Positions 23,981-38,519 of a stretch of DNA of 64,000 bases are shown here, piece after piece. How positions within the stretch are numbered: position 1 is the stretch's first letter; each line of letters opens with the position of its first letter. A program made the translations under genes and the position numbers. Under the pieces are notes generated by a model. That model searched no databases, had not been told where the DNA came from, and worked only from the letters and a program-made list of their open reading frames with translations. This DNA comes from Camelus ferus (lineage: Eukaryota). Where the stretch lies: contig NC_045699.1 of the NCBI RefSeq assembly GCF_009834535.1, forward strand, positions 74,772,001-74,836,000, written 5' to 3'.

Positions 23981-26900
23981 TGGTGCCAGGAGAAGCCAGC
24001 GTGACCGCCAGACACCACATGGGGTGGACAGGGGCTGTGGGGCAGACTGGGGGTGGCTTCCAGAGCACCGGGGTGCCAGGCCCAGGCGGGGAGCCCAGCG
24101 TCCGCTCTGACGTTTGTCCTCACTAAGGGAGGCCTGGGCACTCTCCTGGCCTGGCCTGGGCTCTCAGGACCAACAGAGCCAGACCCGTCCTCACACACGG
24201 GCCACAGAGGCCGGCTACCAGCCTGGGGAGCAGAGAGCAGCGGGTGACCCAGCTGGGCCCCCCGGGGTGCCAGGACACAGACTGTGGCCAAGGGCCCCCT
24301 GCCCAGCCCCACAGGATCCAGCACCTCACCGGCTAGGCGCCCACTTTGCTCAGAGCTGTGGCCCCCACCCCCCGGGGTCACCTCTGGGCCCAAGTGAAAG
24401 GCAGGAGTGCCCACCACAGGGCACCTTAGGCCAGGGACCAAGGGCCCTGGGCCCAGGGTGGACCAGGAGATGCTGCAGACCCTCGGGCCAGCCTGACATG
24501 GTCAGTTCACAGGGGCGAGCAAACTTCCCGAATAAGGAGACTCCTCTGGGCCCTGGGTAGGCAGACCCACAGGAAACAGTCTTGGCTTCGGGGTGTTTCA
24601 GAGAAGCTGCCCCGACCCCCACTTTGGACCCTGGTGGCCCACCAGGGAGCACAGCCACGCTGGCCCCACTCTCTACTCTCTGCTCTCCACCTGGCTGCCT
24701 CAGGCCAGCCCCGGAGGTTGGACCCATCCAGGAGCCTGGGGAGGGGGGCAGGGAAGGAGGATGAGGCCTTCGGTGATTTTCCAGAATATTCTGTCTTAAC
24801 AGCTTTTAGGTGACCGAGGGCACCACCCTTCCACTTCAAATCTGCTGGTTGGCGAGCCACCAGCCAATCTCCCCAGCGTCTCCACGGATGGGGTGAGCCC
24901 TGGGCTTTCCGGCCCTTCTGGAGGGCGGGGGACAGGGCCTGCGGGGGTAGGGTGGGGTGGGGTCCAGTGTGGCTGCCCCTGGCCATCAACTCAGAACCGC
25001 TTCCCACAGGGTGCAAGGAGCTGATGGCCAAACAACAAGTAAGTGAGGTCCACGAGGTCCCTGTGAGTCGCCCATTCGAGGCCAGCGGACACACCGTCAG
25101 CCACGGGTCAACGAGATGCCACCAGGGGCTGGGAAAGCCTCGGCCCTGGAGGGCCAGCCACCTCTGGGGGACACTGCGTGGAGACTGGGACCCGTCACTG
25201 CCCGCCAAGGGCGAGATCAAGCCCGAGCCTCCGACCTGCCAGGCCAGAAGCAGGGGAGGCACCCGTGACCTCCTTGCATCCCCGGGCCCACGATGCCCTC
25301 CTGCCCCTGCCCTCCCAGCCGATGCCCGTCCTCGCCCTCAGGCCTGGCCCAGGGCTCCAGGCAGGCTGCGGCCTCGGCCCGGACTGACCGCTGAGCAACC
25401 ACCTCCGTGGCTCACGTGTTCACGGGCCCACAGATGGCCTGGGCTGGCTGCGTCCAGAGCCGTCCAGGTGCCACGGAGGGCTGGGAGGGGGACGGCCAGG
25501 GCAGAGCGGAGAGGGTCTCAGGCCTACCTGTGGCCCCTCCCCGGTACCACTGCATTCCTTATGCCCGACCCACCCCAGCCCCTCTCAGGTGCCCTGTCTC
25601 TCTCGGCCATCCGGCTCATCCTGGCCTCTGCCTGGGACACCAACCGACCCCCGCCAGCCCCAGCAGCAGTGAGAAAGCAGGAGGCGCTCTGCATGGCACT
25701 GCTCACCCAGGGCCTCCCCCAGGCAGCCCCACCATGCTGATGGAGCCCCGGGCTGCCTCCCAAAGCAATGCGAGTCTGTGCTTCCCAGTGCCTTGGCCAT
25801 GGGGAGGGGGACAAAGGGCAGTATCTGCCGGCCTCACATCCCAACCAGGGGTGGAGGCCACAGCCCCACAGTAGGGGTCCAGCCAGGGCCAGAAAGCCCA
25901 TGGGGGCTGAGACAAGGGCAACCCAGCTTCACCAGGACCCCTGTGGGCCTGGTGCCCACCATCCTGCCCCCACTAGGTGGGTGGCAGTGCCCACGTTGGT
26001 CCCATTCAGGGAGCTGACCTGACCCCACGCCTCCCCTTTGATTCTTTCCGGACAGCCTTGGGGCCATTCCAAAGCCAGAGGCCAGAGCTGCCAAGGATCC
26101 AGCTTCCGGGCAGAAGGTGCCAGGCACTGGGATGGGAGCCTGTACCCTGCGGTGGGCTGGGCCTGTGTGTGGGGCTGACCAGCCCCCGCCTCCCCACTCG
26201 CCACAGCTGCATCCCCTTTGTGTCTGCACCACGGCCTCATCTCCCCCAGCCCCACCCACTGTTGCTCAGAGCTGATGACCCCACTCTGTCCTGTGCTGAG
26301 GCCCTGGCTGGTCTGGGGAGGCCTTGGGCAGGACCAGAGGGATGGGTGACTTGCCAGATTTGAACCAAGCCCAGGACCTCAGAGACAGCCTGCCAACCCA
26401 GGGAGGCCTCCGGAGGGAGGTGGAGTTCCCTGCAAGGTGGGCAGGTTTCTCAAGCCCTCTGCTGGGGGAGGCACCAGCCTCAGCGCCCCAGGCACTAGGG
26501 CAGGCTGAGTCCCTCAGGTCGCTGCCAGGCCAGACTCGTGGGCGGACCGGTGCCACTGAGGATGCTCCGCGGGAGGAAGGGCCTTGCTCGAGGCCCCGGC
26601 CAGAGCTTCGACAGCTGGCTGTGTGGCAACCTGGCCCTTGGTCTCCATTTTGGGGGCAGATTTGACTTCTTTGCCTTGGTCCAAGTTTCCCGACACCCCC
26701 CGGGGCCTGCTGGGCTTTTCAGAACCAAACTCATACAGTGCAAGTGGGGCCCCGAGTCCCCTCTCAGGGTCACCAGGCTTGGAGACGGGACAATGGTCAG
26801 GCTTGTGAGAAGGGGGCTTCCAGACCTGGAGGGAAGTGGCCAGAGGCCCCAGAGGCAAGGCCTCGCCCAGGCACTTGCCCCTGTCCCCATCGGGGCTCCT

Positions 26901-27133
26901 GGGGTGGGTCTTTCTGGGACTGGAGAAGGGACTAACCACACAGGGGCCTCTGCCTGCCCGCCCCTCACTCAGCCCTGCGTGGCAGGGCCCAGGCCTGCCT
27001 GATCAGTGCCTCTTACATAAGCAGCCCGGTGGGGGGCGAGGCTGCGGCTGGGCTCAGCTGCCCTGTCCTCCCCCAGCATCACGAGCTTCCAGTGGGCTGT
27101 CCTTGTGCCTTCGGTGGAGGCCAAGCCCAGCCC

Positions 27134-27140
27134 ATAAATA
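27134..27140 (+). promoter_or_regulatory. PTGDS TATA box (ATAAATA)
   Basis: About 80 bp upstream of the ATG. Confidence 0.75.
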
Positions 27141-27216
27141 GGGGTCTCCCCGGTGGCTTCTGCTCCTCCGGCCCGTCTCCCTCACTCTGCCTGCACTCCT
27201 GCTCAGCTCGGGGAGA

Positions 27217-27744
27217 ATGGCCACTCAGAGCACTCTGTGGACGGGGCTGGTCCTGCTGGGGGTCCTGGGGGCCCTGCAGATCCCTACCCAGGCCCAGGTC
27301 TCCCTGCAGCCCAACTTCCAAGAGGAGAAGGTGAGGGGCTCTTTGCCTGGTCCCCAAGGCGAGACAGTGCCCTGTGGGACGGGATGCTCTCTGGACCCCA
27401 GTTGTCTTCAGGGGAAGAGGGGAGCTGAACAGAAGGAGGGTTGGGCAGACAGGAGGAGGCTGACGGCGAGAGGCCCCTCCCTGGGGCAATTCGCCAACCA
27501 GGATATCGGAGCCCGGTATCCCCAACTGGCAGGGAAGCACCTGTGTCCACTTGGCACACGCAGACACGCGGGACACTGCGTGCAGGTCATCCCTGACCCA
27601 ACGCAGTTAGCCCATTGAGCTCACAACGCCCAGGGGAAACAGGCACATGTTCCACACTGGGGTCCTAGGAGGCACCTCCGTGCGCCAGCGCGCAGACGGG
27701 AGCATGGGGTGGCCACAGAAACACGAGAGCGCGCGCACGCGCGT

Positions 27745-27784
<40 letters not shown>

Positions 27785-29975
27785 CCGGCGGCGCACTCAC
27801 GCTCGGGGGGGGGGGGGGGGGGGCGGGGGGGGGCTGCGCGGGAGCACTTCCGAGCGAATCTTCAGCCCCGCGCCCAGCTCCGACCCCTCCGGGGATGGCC
27901 TCGGCGCCCCCCCCTCTCCCCGCCGCCAGCTCCACCCGCAGGCGAGGCGGGACTGGGCGGGGGGCGGGGCCGCGAGGCGGGGGCGGGGCAGGGCTGGAGA
28001 CCCGAGTTGGAGGAAAGGGGCGCCCACCCCCATGGGTCCCAGAGGGTCCTGGCAGACCCGGATGGGGTCGTTCGCTGCAGTTCCTGGGACGCTGGTTCAC
28101 CGCGGGCCTCGCCTCCAACGCAAGCTGGTTCCTGGAAAAGAAGGCGATGCTGTCCATGTGCAAGTCTGTGGTGGTCCGGGCGGCAGATGGTGGCCTCAAC
28201 CTCACCTCTACCTTCCTCAGGTGGGCGGTAGGGCTTCTGGGGCCAAGGGCTCCCCACCCACCCCCTGAACACTGACCCCTGACCCCGAGGGTGATCTGCC
28301 CACAGAAAAGACCAGTGTGAGACCCGGACTCTGCTGCTGCGTCCTGCAGACCCCCCAGGCTGCTACAGCTACGTCAGTCCCCGTGAGTAGGGCCCCTCCC
28401 GGACCCCAGGGTCCAGCCAGGAGTGACACTTGCTGGCTGGGGACTCTGTGCAAACCCCCTACCCAAAAGTGCATGGGATAGGATGATGGCTGCTCCACCG
28501 GGGTTAGCCTGGTCTGGATCTGCCCCAGGCTGTTCCTGCCAGGCCCCTCTCTGCTCCATGATGGACTGTCCCCAGAGGTCTGCGGCCCCACCTCTGCTGG
28601 CCAGGCGAAGTACACGCAGGCAGCCCCCCATCGGTCCCCTCACACCTCCCACTGTTCCTTGCCCTGGGACCCCAGCCGGGCCCTCCTCACTCACTGGGAG
28701 AGAACCTCTCCTCTTCCCCTTTCGGCTGCGGGCCTTGTGGTTGTACCATGAACTCCTCATTTCCTGAGCCTGCGTGTTTGTTGGCACCCCAGGACTTCTG
28801 GTTTGGGGTCACTGGACCCCACAGAGCTGAAGAGCTGTGCAGGCAGGAAGCAGTGGGTGGGCGCCTGCCCTGGTGAGTGGATGGAAAGGCAGCCAGACAG
28901 ACAGAAGGAGGAGCACACAGCAGGCTCACGAAGGGCGCCCCTGCCCCAGCGGAGCTTTGGGGCAGGGTCCCTGGCCGACCAGGGTTGTTTCTTGGGTTCG
29001 CAGACTGGGGCAACAACCACGAGGTGTCGGTGGTGGAGACCGATTACGACGTGTACGCACTGCTCTACACTGAGGGTGTTAAAGGCCTGGCCCAGGACTT
29101 CCGCATGGCCACCCTCTACAGTATGTGACCCCACGCCAGGCCCACGGTGTGGACTGAGGCCCCATCTGAGAGGGGCGTCTGGGGGCTCCCCAAGCCGCAG
29201 GGCGGGGGAAGAGCCAAGATCTCCCCGGATGGAGGCCAGCGGCTTCTCCTCCCACCCCAGGCCGCACCCAGGCCCCGAGTGCCCAGGTAAAGGAGAAATT
29301 CAGCACCTTCGCCAAGGCCCAGGGCTTCACAGAGGACAGCATTGTCTTCCTGCCGAAGGCTGGTAAGGGGGCCCTAATCTGACAGGGAGGGGATTAAGGT
29401 CAGATTGGAGGCAGACAGACGGTCTCCTGATTCAAGGGAGGCTGAAGGGTGAGGTTCGTCCGGCCAGACCGCCCATTGACCGGTACACGGTCTCCAGAGT
29501 GGGGGCATTCTGTCCTCACCGCGTGACCTTGGCCTGCAGCCCCTGGGCCGGGCCCAGAAAGATACTCCTCCAGGAAACCCCCCCTCCCTGGGTTTACCAG
29601 GCTCCCACTGTGTGCCAGCCCTGGCTCATCCTCCAGGACACGCAGGCCCCCAGCCTGGTGGGGGGCAGGCACAAGGAACAGAGCCTGCGGAGTGGGGTGC
29701 CCGGGGCACACAGAGACACCAACCACCCTGGGCCTCAGTGCCCACAGCCTCCCTGGGGCAGGCAGCCTGCTCTGGCCCAGGTGGGACAGAACCCACTCCT
29801 TCTTTGGAGAAGCAAGGCCTAGGACGGGGTGGGAACGTGATGGAGTGGGAGTCAACCAGTGCTGCGGGGGCTGGGAGGGCGGCAGCCCTGGCAGAAAGTG
29901 GCCCTGGCCTAGGGCACTGACCACCATCCCCCGGCTCCTTTCTTGGCAGACAAGTGCATGGGGGAGCATGCATAG
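27217..29975 (+). CDS. PTGDS: Lipocalin-type prostaglandin D synthase, 191 aa
   Basis: Exons 27217-27330, 28081-28220, 28306-28382, 29004-29120, 29261-29362, 29950-29975; 576 nt. FLGRW, catalytic Cys65 (SMC), Cys89/Cys186, sequons N51/N78, ETDY; non-coding exon 7 from about 30320/30339. Confidence 0.98.
27729..27833. repeat. Alternating purine-pyrimidine tract with (AC)18, followed by G19-C-G9, in PTGDS intron 1
   Basis: Perfect RY alternation 27729-27783; G runs 27805-27823 and 27825-27833. Confidence 0.93.
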
Positions 29976-30459
29976 GTGAGTGTGATCGTGCAGACTGGCT
30001 TCACCCAGTGGTGCCCCCAATCACTCACTCAGTCATTCAGCATTCACCCACCAACAGCCACCCACCTGCCAGGAGAGGGTGGTCCCAGGCAGACGGGGGC
30101 TGGTGCAAGGAGGAGGAGGCTCCGCTGGGGTTCAGGGAGGTCCCTGGGGGTGGAAGGAGCTGGTGGCTGGGACAGGAAAGGGGTGGGGGAGATGGAGGGG
30201 AGATCAGAGGCTGGTGCCCTTCACCCAGAGACATGGTGGGGAGCCCCTTTCGGCCTGACACCGGAAGGAGTCTGGGGACCCTGGGGCCGGGAGAGGTGGT
30301 GTTTTCTGTCCCACCGACAGGTCCTGCTCTCTTGGCAGGTGACCTCAGCCTCGGCACCTGGCCACCCTGTCCTGATGGCTCTTCCCTCCAATACCCTGAG
30401 ACACTACCCCGGCTCCTTCCACCGCTGCCTCTGCCCCTCAGCTTCATCCCAGCTCTGAG

Positions 30460-30465
30460 AATAAA
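30460..30465 (+). terminator. PTGDS polyadenylation signal (AATAAA)
   Basis: In the terminal non-coding exon. Confidence 0.85.
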
Positions 30466-31579
30466 CTCCGGAAGCAACTCAGTGGCCTGGCTCCCGCCTG
30501 TCTGTCCTTCAGCCCTTACTCCCAGCTGGCTCTGGCCAACTCCCCGGGGAGCCGAGCACCCCCTCTTGCTTTGGGCCTGGGTCTCCCTTCACCTGGGAGG
30601 CTGGTTCTAGCTGACACCCACGAGGGGCGGGCAGGGGCCCGCTAACTTTGCTCCCGGTGGGGTGGAGGAGTGGGGCTGGGTCAGCAGCCAGGACAGCTGA
30701 GGTCGTGTCCATCCCCACCCCACCCCTCCTGGGGCTCTGATCTCAGCGGGGCCATCCAGCCCCGCCCCCTCAAGCTGCAGCTCAGGCTGGGCTGGCTTGG
30801 AGCTGGCGCCTGGTCAGCAGCTAACCCTAGGCAGGGCCCACAGCCTGCCCCCGGCCCCCAGCCAGGAGAGGGGTGAGGCCTCGGGGAGTGTTTGAAGGTG
30901 TGGAACTAGTGCACTCAGACTGGCAGGGGTAAGGGCGTGGGGGAGGTAGCTGGAGTGCCCGTGACCCCCAGACTTGGACATGCTGGAGACAGGCCACCCT
31001 CACCTCCCCTCTGGCTCTCTGAGATCCCCAAGCCTCTGGCCTGGGCTTCAAGAGCACGCAGCCCTGCCCTCTCGCCAGGCCTCTGGCACCAAAGCTGACC
31101 CAGTGCCCCGGGGCGCGGTCTCCCCCCACCAGCCCTGCCCTTGACCTCCTACAATCCCCCAGATTCCCGGATGGAGTGGCCGTTCTCAGGCGCCTGTCCC
31201 GGGCCCTCCTGGCTCACAATGTGCAGTGCTCCCTGCAGCCCGCCCACCAGGCCCCCAGCCAGGCTGACTTCAGCCAGGCCCTGCAGATGCACCAGGGGTT
31301 GTGAGGCTCAAAGGTGAGGGAGAGTTTCTGGGAAGGCTTCCTGGAAGAAGGGGCCTGGGGTCCTGCCTGAGCTGAGGGCTGGGGGCCACATCTGGCCAGA
31401 ACTTACCTCCCCTTGCTTTGGGACATCTGGTGGCCCCTCCCTAGGAGGAAACACTGGGGATGGGTGGAGCCAGGTGGAGGGAGCTGGGCCAGCTGCTGCA
31501 GGGTGTAACCTGGCCAGGAGCCTATTGCAGTGGGCTCTGTCCCAGGCCAGCAGGCCAGCGCCTCAGGGCACCTTGGGGG

Positions 31580-31586
31580 CATAAAA
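31580..31586 (+). promoter_or_regulatory. LCNL1 TATA-like box (CATAAAA)
   Basis: 72 bp upstream of the ATG. Confidence 0.7.
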
Positions 31587-31651
31587 GTGCAGTGGGAGAG
31601 GCAACCCCAACTCTCCTGCCCTGCTCGGCGCCCGTGCAGTCTAGGAGAGCC

Positions 31652-33646
<1,995 letters not shown>

Positions 33647-33983
33647 GTGAGTTCCCGGGGGCTGCCTGGACACCCCTCCTAAGACCACAGTGCCTGGCGC
33701 CCTGCTGACCCAGGGAGGCCCCTCCTGCCCAGAGGGCTGCGCTATGGGGGTCTTGTGAGCAGGGGTGGGGATTGTCCCATAGAATCAAGCTGGGACACGA
33801 GCAGCGGTGGGGAGGGACAGAGTGGGGCCCCCTGAGGCTGGGCCCGGGGAGGGCAGGAGGAGGTGAGAGGATGCCGCCCACCCCAACAGGTGCCACTCAG
33901 TTTCCAGTGAGGGCTGCAGCCATGGAGTGTGAGCGGGGAGGAGGCCATGATGTCAGCTGCTCCGTGTACCCGACCCTCCTCAC

Positions 33984-34023
33984 AATAAACTCCTCTCCAC
34001 CCCCACCCTTCCAGCACAATAAA
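33984..34023 (+). terminator. Tandem LCNL1 polyadenylation signals (AATAAA x2)
   Basis: AATAAA at 33984-33989 and 34018-34023. Confidence 0.8.
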
Positions 34024-35049
34024 CAATACCTCTAAAAGCCAAAGCTGTGCGTTTCTTGGGAGTAAGGGCAGGAATGGGGGGAGGGGCAGAGGAGCCAAGT
34101 GGACTGGGGTAGAGGTGCCCCAGGGCCTGCAGCCCCCGGGCCTGGGACCGGCCCTCCCCAAGAGGGACAGTGCAGGTCTCTGGCTCCAACCCCAACTCCC
34201 AAGGGCAGCGCTTGCACGACTGGGTCCCGGGGCCAGGCAGGCCTTAGGCCTGGCTCTGTGGGAGGCAGGCTCCTTGGGCTGCTGGACAAGGGCCGGCTGG
34301 GGCTTCCCTGGGTCCCCTGCAGACCCCGGCCCTGGGACTCCAGTTGCTGTCCTTGCTCCGCAGCACAGACCTCTGCGCAGCCATGGGAGAGCGCGCGGTG
34401 CCGGACCGACGCCAAGTGCGCAGCTGGGCTCCAGTGGGGGACAGACCTCTCTGCCTCGCGGGTCCCCCCAAACCCCAACCTGATGGGTGTCGGGGCCACT
34501 TCCGTCCGCGGGTGGCCTTCCAGCACCCCTTCTTTCTGACTCCCTCCTGCAAGGCGGAGCTCTGTCCTGCCGTCGTGTCTGTGAGGGAAAAACCGCTGTC
34601 CTTTCCCGAAGCCCTGAAGCGCTGGAGGGTAAAATGGCGTCTGTAACGTGACTAGTTCAGAAAGATACACCACCAGGCGACAGCGCGTCGGAACGCTGAC
34701 CGCCGCTCCATCTGGGTGATGGCTTGTGACGCCAGCACTTCTGCTCTTCAGCCGCTTAGACGTTTTCCATTAAAATACAGCCCTGTCCTGCCAGACACGA
34801 TCTGGGCCCTTCTGAGTGAAGAGCCCCCACAGCCCGGGAGCCCCGGACAGCCCTTCCACGCCTGCACCCAACGCCTGGGGCCCGCCGCTGCCTCTGCTGC
34901 CCAGCCCACCTGCGAGCTCCGGCCTCCCGTGGACACCACCGGGGCGGGGACCTGGCCGGTCTGCCCCTGCCTGCAGCCTGACACCAGTCTGGGCTGACAC
35001 CCCTCCTATCCTCCCACCTAGACCAGCGTCTGCAGAGAGAGGCTGGTGA

Positions 35050-36936
35050 TAAGTCAGCTGATCTACTGAGTGACGGACCTATCAGTCACTGATTCACTGG
35101 TTGTCATTTGGCTTCCACGTGGACCGAGAGAAGAAGGGGTGGAAAGTGCCACGGTGGCAACAGGAGAGATTCAAGGCAGAGAGAGGGGAGACCTGCACAG
35201 GCAGTTTCTCCGGCAGGCTCCCAGCCCCCGACATCCCCCACTGACCGTTCCCTCCCAGGTCCCCTGGGAAAGATCCGGAGTGAGGAGACGCAGTTTACAC
35301 TTCATGACCTCATGGACACCATTCATTCCGAGGGAGGGTCTGTTGGAGGGGCAACCCCCGCAGAGCCCCTGTGGACCCAGGAAGGGTCAACCCCTTGGCA
35401 CCTGCAGATCAGCCCAGGATCATCTTGTCCTGCACTCCCTGCTCCGGCCACACGAGGGCAGCCCTCAGCCTGTTCTCCACCCTGCAGCCCAGGGATGTGT
35501 GTGCAAGGTCAGCTGCTGCCCTCCTCTGCTCACAGCTGACCCAGTGGACCCCATCTCACTGAGAGTAAAGGCCAAAGTCCCTCCGATCGGCCCTCGTCTG
35601 ATCCCACCACTGTTATTGCAAAGAACCAGGACGTTGGAAAAAAGACTGTCCCAAGCTTAAGCACTCCAGGTCCCTTCAGCCCTCTAACCAGCCTTTCCGA
35701 TGTCCTCCTAACCCCCACGGACGGGGTTCCAAGGAACTGTAAATGCTCCTCCCAAGCTCTCTCTGTCTCTTTTTTCCCCTAAACCGTCTCTTTTCTTTTT
35801 TCCAATCCTCCCTCTTAGTCAGCTCTGATTGGTTATTGATTATTTCCATTGACAATTGGAATAGAAAAGAGTTCTCTATGCACTAAACTGAGGACTGCAC
35901 CCCAGAAGACACAGATGCAAGAAACACTTGAACTGTGTTCACTGGGCTACAAAGGAAGGGAGGCTTACACAGGTAAAAACTGCAGAGTTATAGAAGTTGT
36001 TTGTCAAGAATTAAAATCAGAGCTGGCAAGAAGTAAGGGTGCTTATTAAGCAAGAATTGGTTGGGGCCCAAAATGCATAGTTTCAAGGAGAGACCTTGAG
36101 ACCATATGGTAACTGGTGACAGATGCTGGCAGATACCATTCTGAGAATGGCTGGTGGTGTCCTTGACTCTCATATAGTTCAGAAAATTCAAGTTCTCAGT
36201 GATGTTGGAACTGTCTGAAACCACTTCCACAGTGATCGCCTGGCTGCACCCTGGATACCTGAACCACAGTTTTATATCTTGTCAGAACAATGAGCAAACA
36301 TCAGACATGAGAGGGGCACATGTCTTCACAGTCTCAGAACAGACAGATCAGCACATGCACAACAAGGCAGCAGGACCTTGGTATCTGGGAAAGGATTCTC
36401 ACCTGCGAAGGACATTGGCGTCATTGGACAGGGGAAGGATATTTATCCCTGTCTTCGAAGTGGACATTCTAAACAACCTGGTGATGCTTCCTCCTCCTTT
36501 TTCCTCTTTTGGTTAAAGCAGATACACAATCTATGTTTGACATAGACAGGCTGTTCTAGTTAGCATAAAGTTGAAGTCAAATCATGCATAATTCAGAATG
36601 ACTTCCCCATAATTCAATATGTGAAAATCTTTTTCATCAACTGTATCTTCCCAAAGTGCTTTTTCATTCTTTCAGCTGTGAGTGTGCACTTGCTGTTCTA
36701 AGACACAGACTTCAGATGGGAAATTCCTGAGAGATCTCCCTCCTACTCCTCCTTGTTACTCGAATGTGACCTCAGTAGGTTTCCAGCCCATGCACTTTCC
36801 GAACTTCCACGTGGGACACGACACCCAGGAAAGGTCTTTCCTGGCATAGGGAGAGAAAAAGTCACTGAACCCAGGAAAGACATGACTGCTGATCAGCAAT
36901 GCTTGCAGAGTAAGATCTTGAGCAAAGCAGGGGAAA
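35050..36936. mobile_element. Nested or fragmented LTR/ERV1-like remnants
   Basis: Abrupt GC drop; LTR-end-like attgaca at about 35851; minus-strand LTR-like text with TATAAAA near 36272; purine tract aggggaaa just before 36937. Internal boundaries and families unresolved. Confidence 0.5.
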
Positions 36937-37357
36937 TGTGAAAATTAAGAGACGGAAACCTCATTTAAAACGGAGTCAGGAGGCCAGAAAGGGGAGCTCT
37001 CACATCTACTGCTCAGCCTCAGTTTCAGACTCAACAGGAAGAAGGTTGCTACTTACTACCCAGCAGGAGGAAGGGAGATTTTCTCCCTGCCCGGCAACAG
37101 CCCAGCCAACGAGAGACCATCACAGCTCAGCCAGTGAAAAGCCACTACACCTCCAACTCCCAGTTTCCTCCAACAGACTCTTTGTTTAGATCAGCCCCTC
37201 CCAACTCCCCTTTCCCCTCTATAAAAGAGTTTCTTCTTTGTTTTCCAGATTTCCTGTGGTTCGCCATAGATCATGTCCTGAATTGAAATTCTTTGCTGTT
37301 CCCCAATGAACATTTTGCTGGCAAAATAATTGGGTATGTTATTGTTTTAGGTCAACA
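36937..37357 (+). mobile_element. ERV1-class LTR
   Basis: Starts TGTGAAAATT after a PPT-like tract, ends ttttaggtcaaCA, internal TATAAAA at 37220-37226. Confidence 0.7.
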
Positions 37358-37430
37358 CATACAAGGTAACATTCACAAGTTCCAGGGATTGGGACTGACA
37401 TCTTTAGGGGTCATTATGCAGCCTACCGCA
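37358..37430 (-). mobile_element. MLT1 (ERVL-MaLR, MLT1D-like) 5' end fragment
   Basis: Reverse complement tgcggtaggctgcataatgacccctaaagatgtc...ccctggaacttgtgaatgttaccttg resembles the MLT1D start. Confidence 0.65.
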
Positions 37431-37439
37431 TTTTACCTA

Positions 37440-37990
37440 GAAACAATCTCCCAGGTCCTGAGCACGTGCTGAAGGCTGGTGACTCCACGCTGACATCTCT
37501 GGACTTGACCCTTCCTCTAGATTAGAGTCTGTGTACACAACAGCGCCATCAGACATACAGCCACATCAGGAGCTCGCATGACGGAGAGTCCCCCATGTCC
37601 TCTCCGATCCTGCTTCAGCCCAGTTATCTCAGGGAGGGCATTTCCACTCTCCCTATATGCAAGTGTCATCTGTGACCCCTCCCTCCCCTCCCCCCTACTA
37701 TTCTCCCTGACCCCCTCCCCTCCACCCCTGCAGCCCTTGGTCCCCTCTCTTCATGGCACTCAACATGCTTTGTACACATAAATCAGAAGTGCCACTCCCC
37801 ACCCCACTGCTGCTTAAACCCTCCAACGGCTCCCCACTCTGCACTCATTCTTTCATGATATTTATTGCATATCTCTATGTGCCAGGCACTGTTTAAACAC
37901 TAGGATACAATGGCAAATAAAACAGAAAGAAAGCCCTGTCTTTGAGGACCTCATGGGAGAAATGGGCAATAAACAGGATAAATGTTTATT
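37440..37990. mobile_element. L2 LINE fragments
   Basis: cattctttcat..tatttattg..ctatgtgccaggcactgt..taggatacaatgg..aataaaacaga is a typical L2 3' end. Confidence 0.65.
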
Positions 37991-37994
37991 TAGA

Positions 37995-38519
37995 TGTATT
38001 AGTCACCTATTGCTGAAAAACAAATTACCCCAAAAGTCAATGGCTTAAAAAGATAAGCGTGTATTGTTCCCAATTTGTGAAGGCTAGGCGTCTGGTCCTG
38101 GGTGCTCTGGGCCCTCTGGCAGAAGATCTCTCATGAGGCTGCAGTCAAGCTACTGCCTGGGGCTGCATTCTTATCAGAAGGCTCAGCTGCAAGGGAGGCA
38201 GTGCTCTAGCTCCCTCACTGGTGGTGGCCAGGCCTCGGTCCCGTATCACATGAATGTGGTGGCCAGGCCTCAGTCCCGCATCACATGGATGTGGTGGCCA
38301 GGCCTCGGTCCTGCATCACATGGATGTCTCCACGGGGCCGCCTCATGTCATGGTGAGCAATCCCAGAGAAAGAACGAGGTGACAGCCCATCACTTCTGCC
38401 ATATTCTATTGCCTAGAAGCCAGTTATTCGATCCAGCCCATGCTCGGGGGAGGGATACACAAAGGTGTAAACACAGGAGGCAGACATGTTTGGGGGCCAT
38501 CTTAGAGGCTGCTGTCACA
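37995..38519 (-). mobile_element. MLT1 (ERVL-MaLR) solo LTR inserted in L2
   Basis: tgtattagtc..tattgctg..aacaaattacccc..tggcttaaa ... ggggccatcttagaggctgctgtcaca; TG..CA ends. Confidence 0.75.
38221..38325 (+). repeat. 35-bp tandem repeat x3 inside the MLT1
   Basis: gtggtggccaggcctc(g/a)gtcc..atcacatg(a/g)at at 38221, 38256 and 38291. Confidence 0.93.

Noticed and set aside
34540-34790. YY1-like AAAATGGCG patch as an unannotated promoter
   Set aside because: A single short motif with no linked exon structure; a similar motif at about 45081 lies inside an L1 fragment.
38221-38325. CRISPR-like array (35-bp repeats)
   Set aside because: Eukaryotic DNA, repeats are directly adjacent with no spacers, no cas genes.
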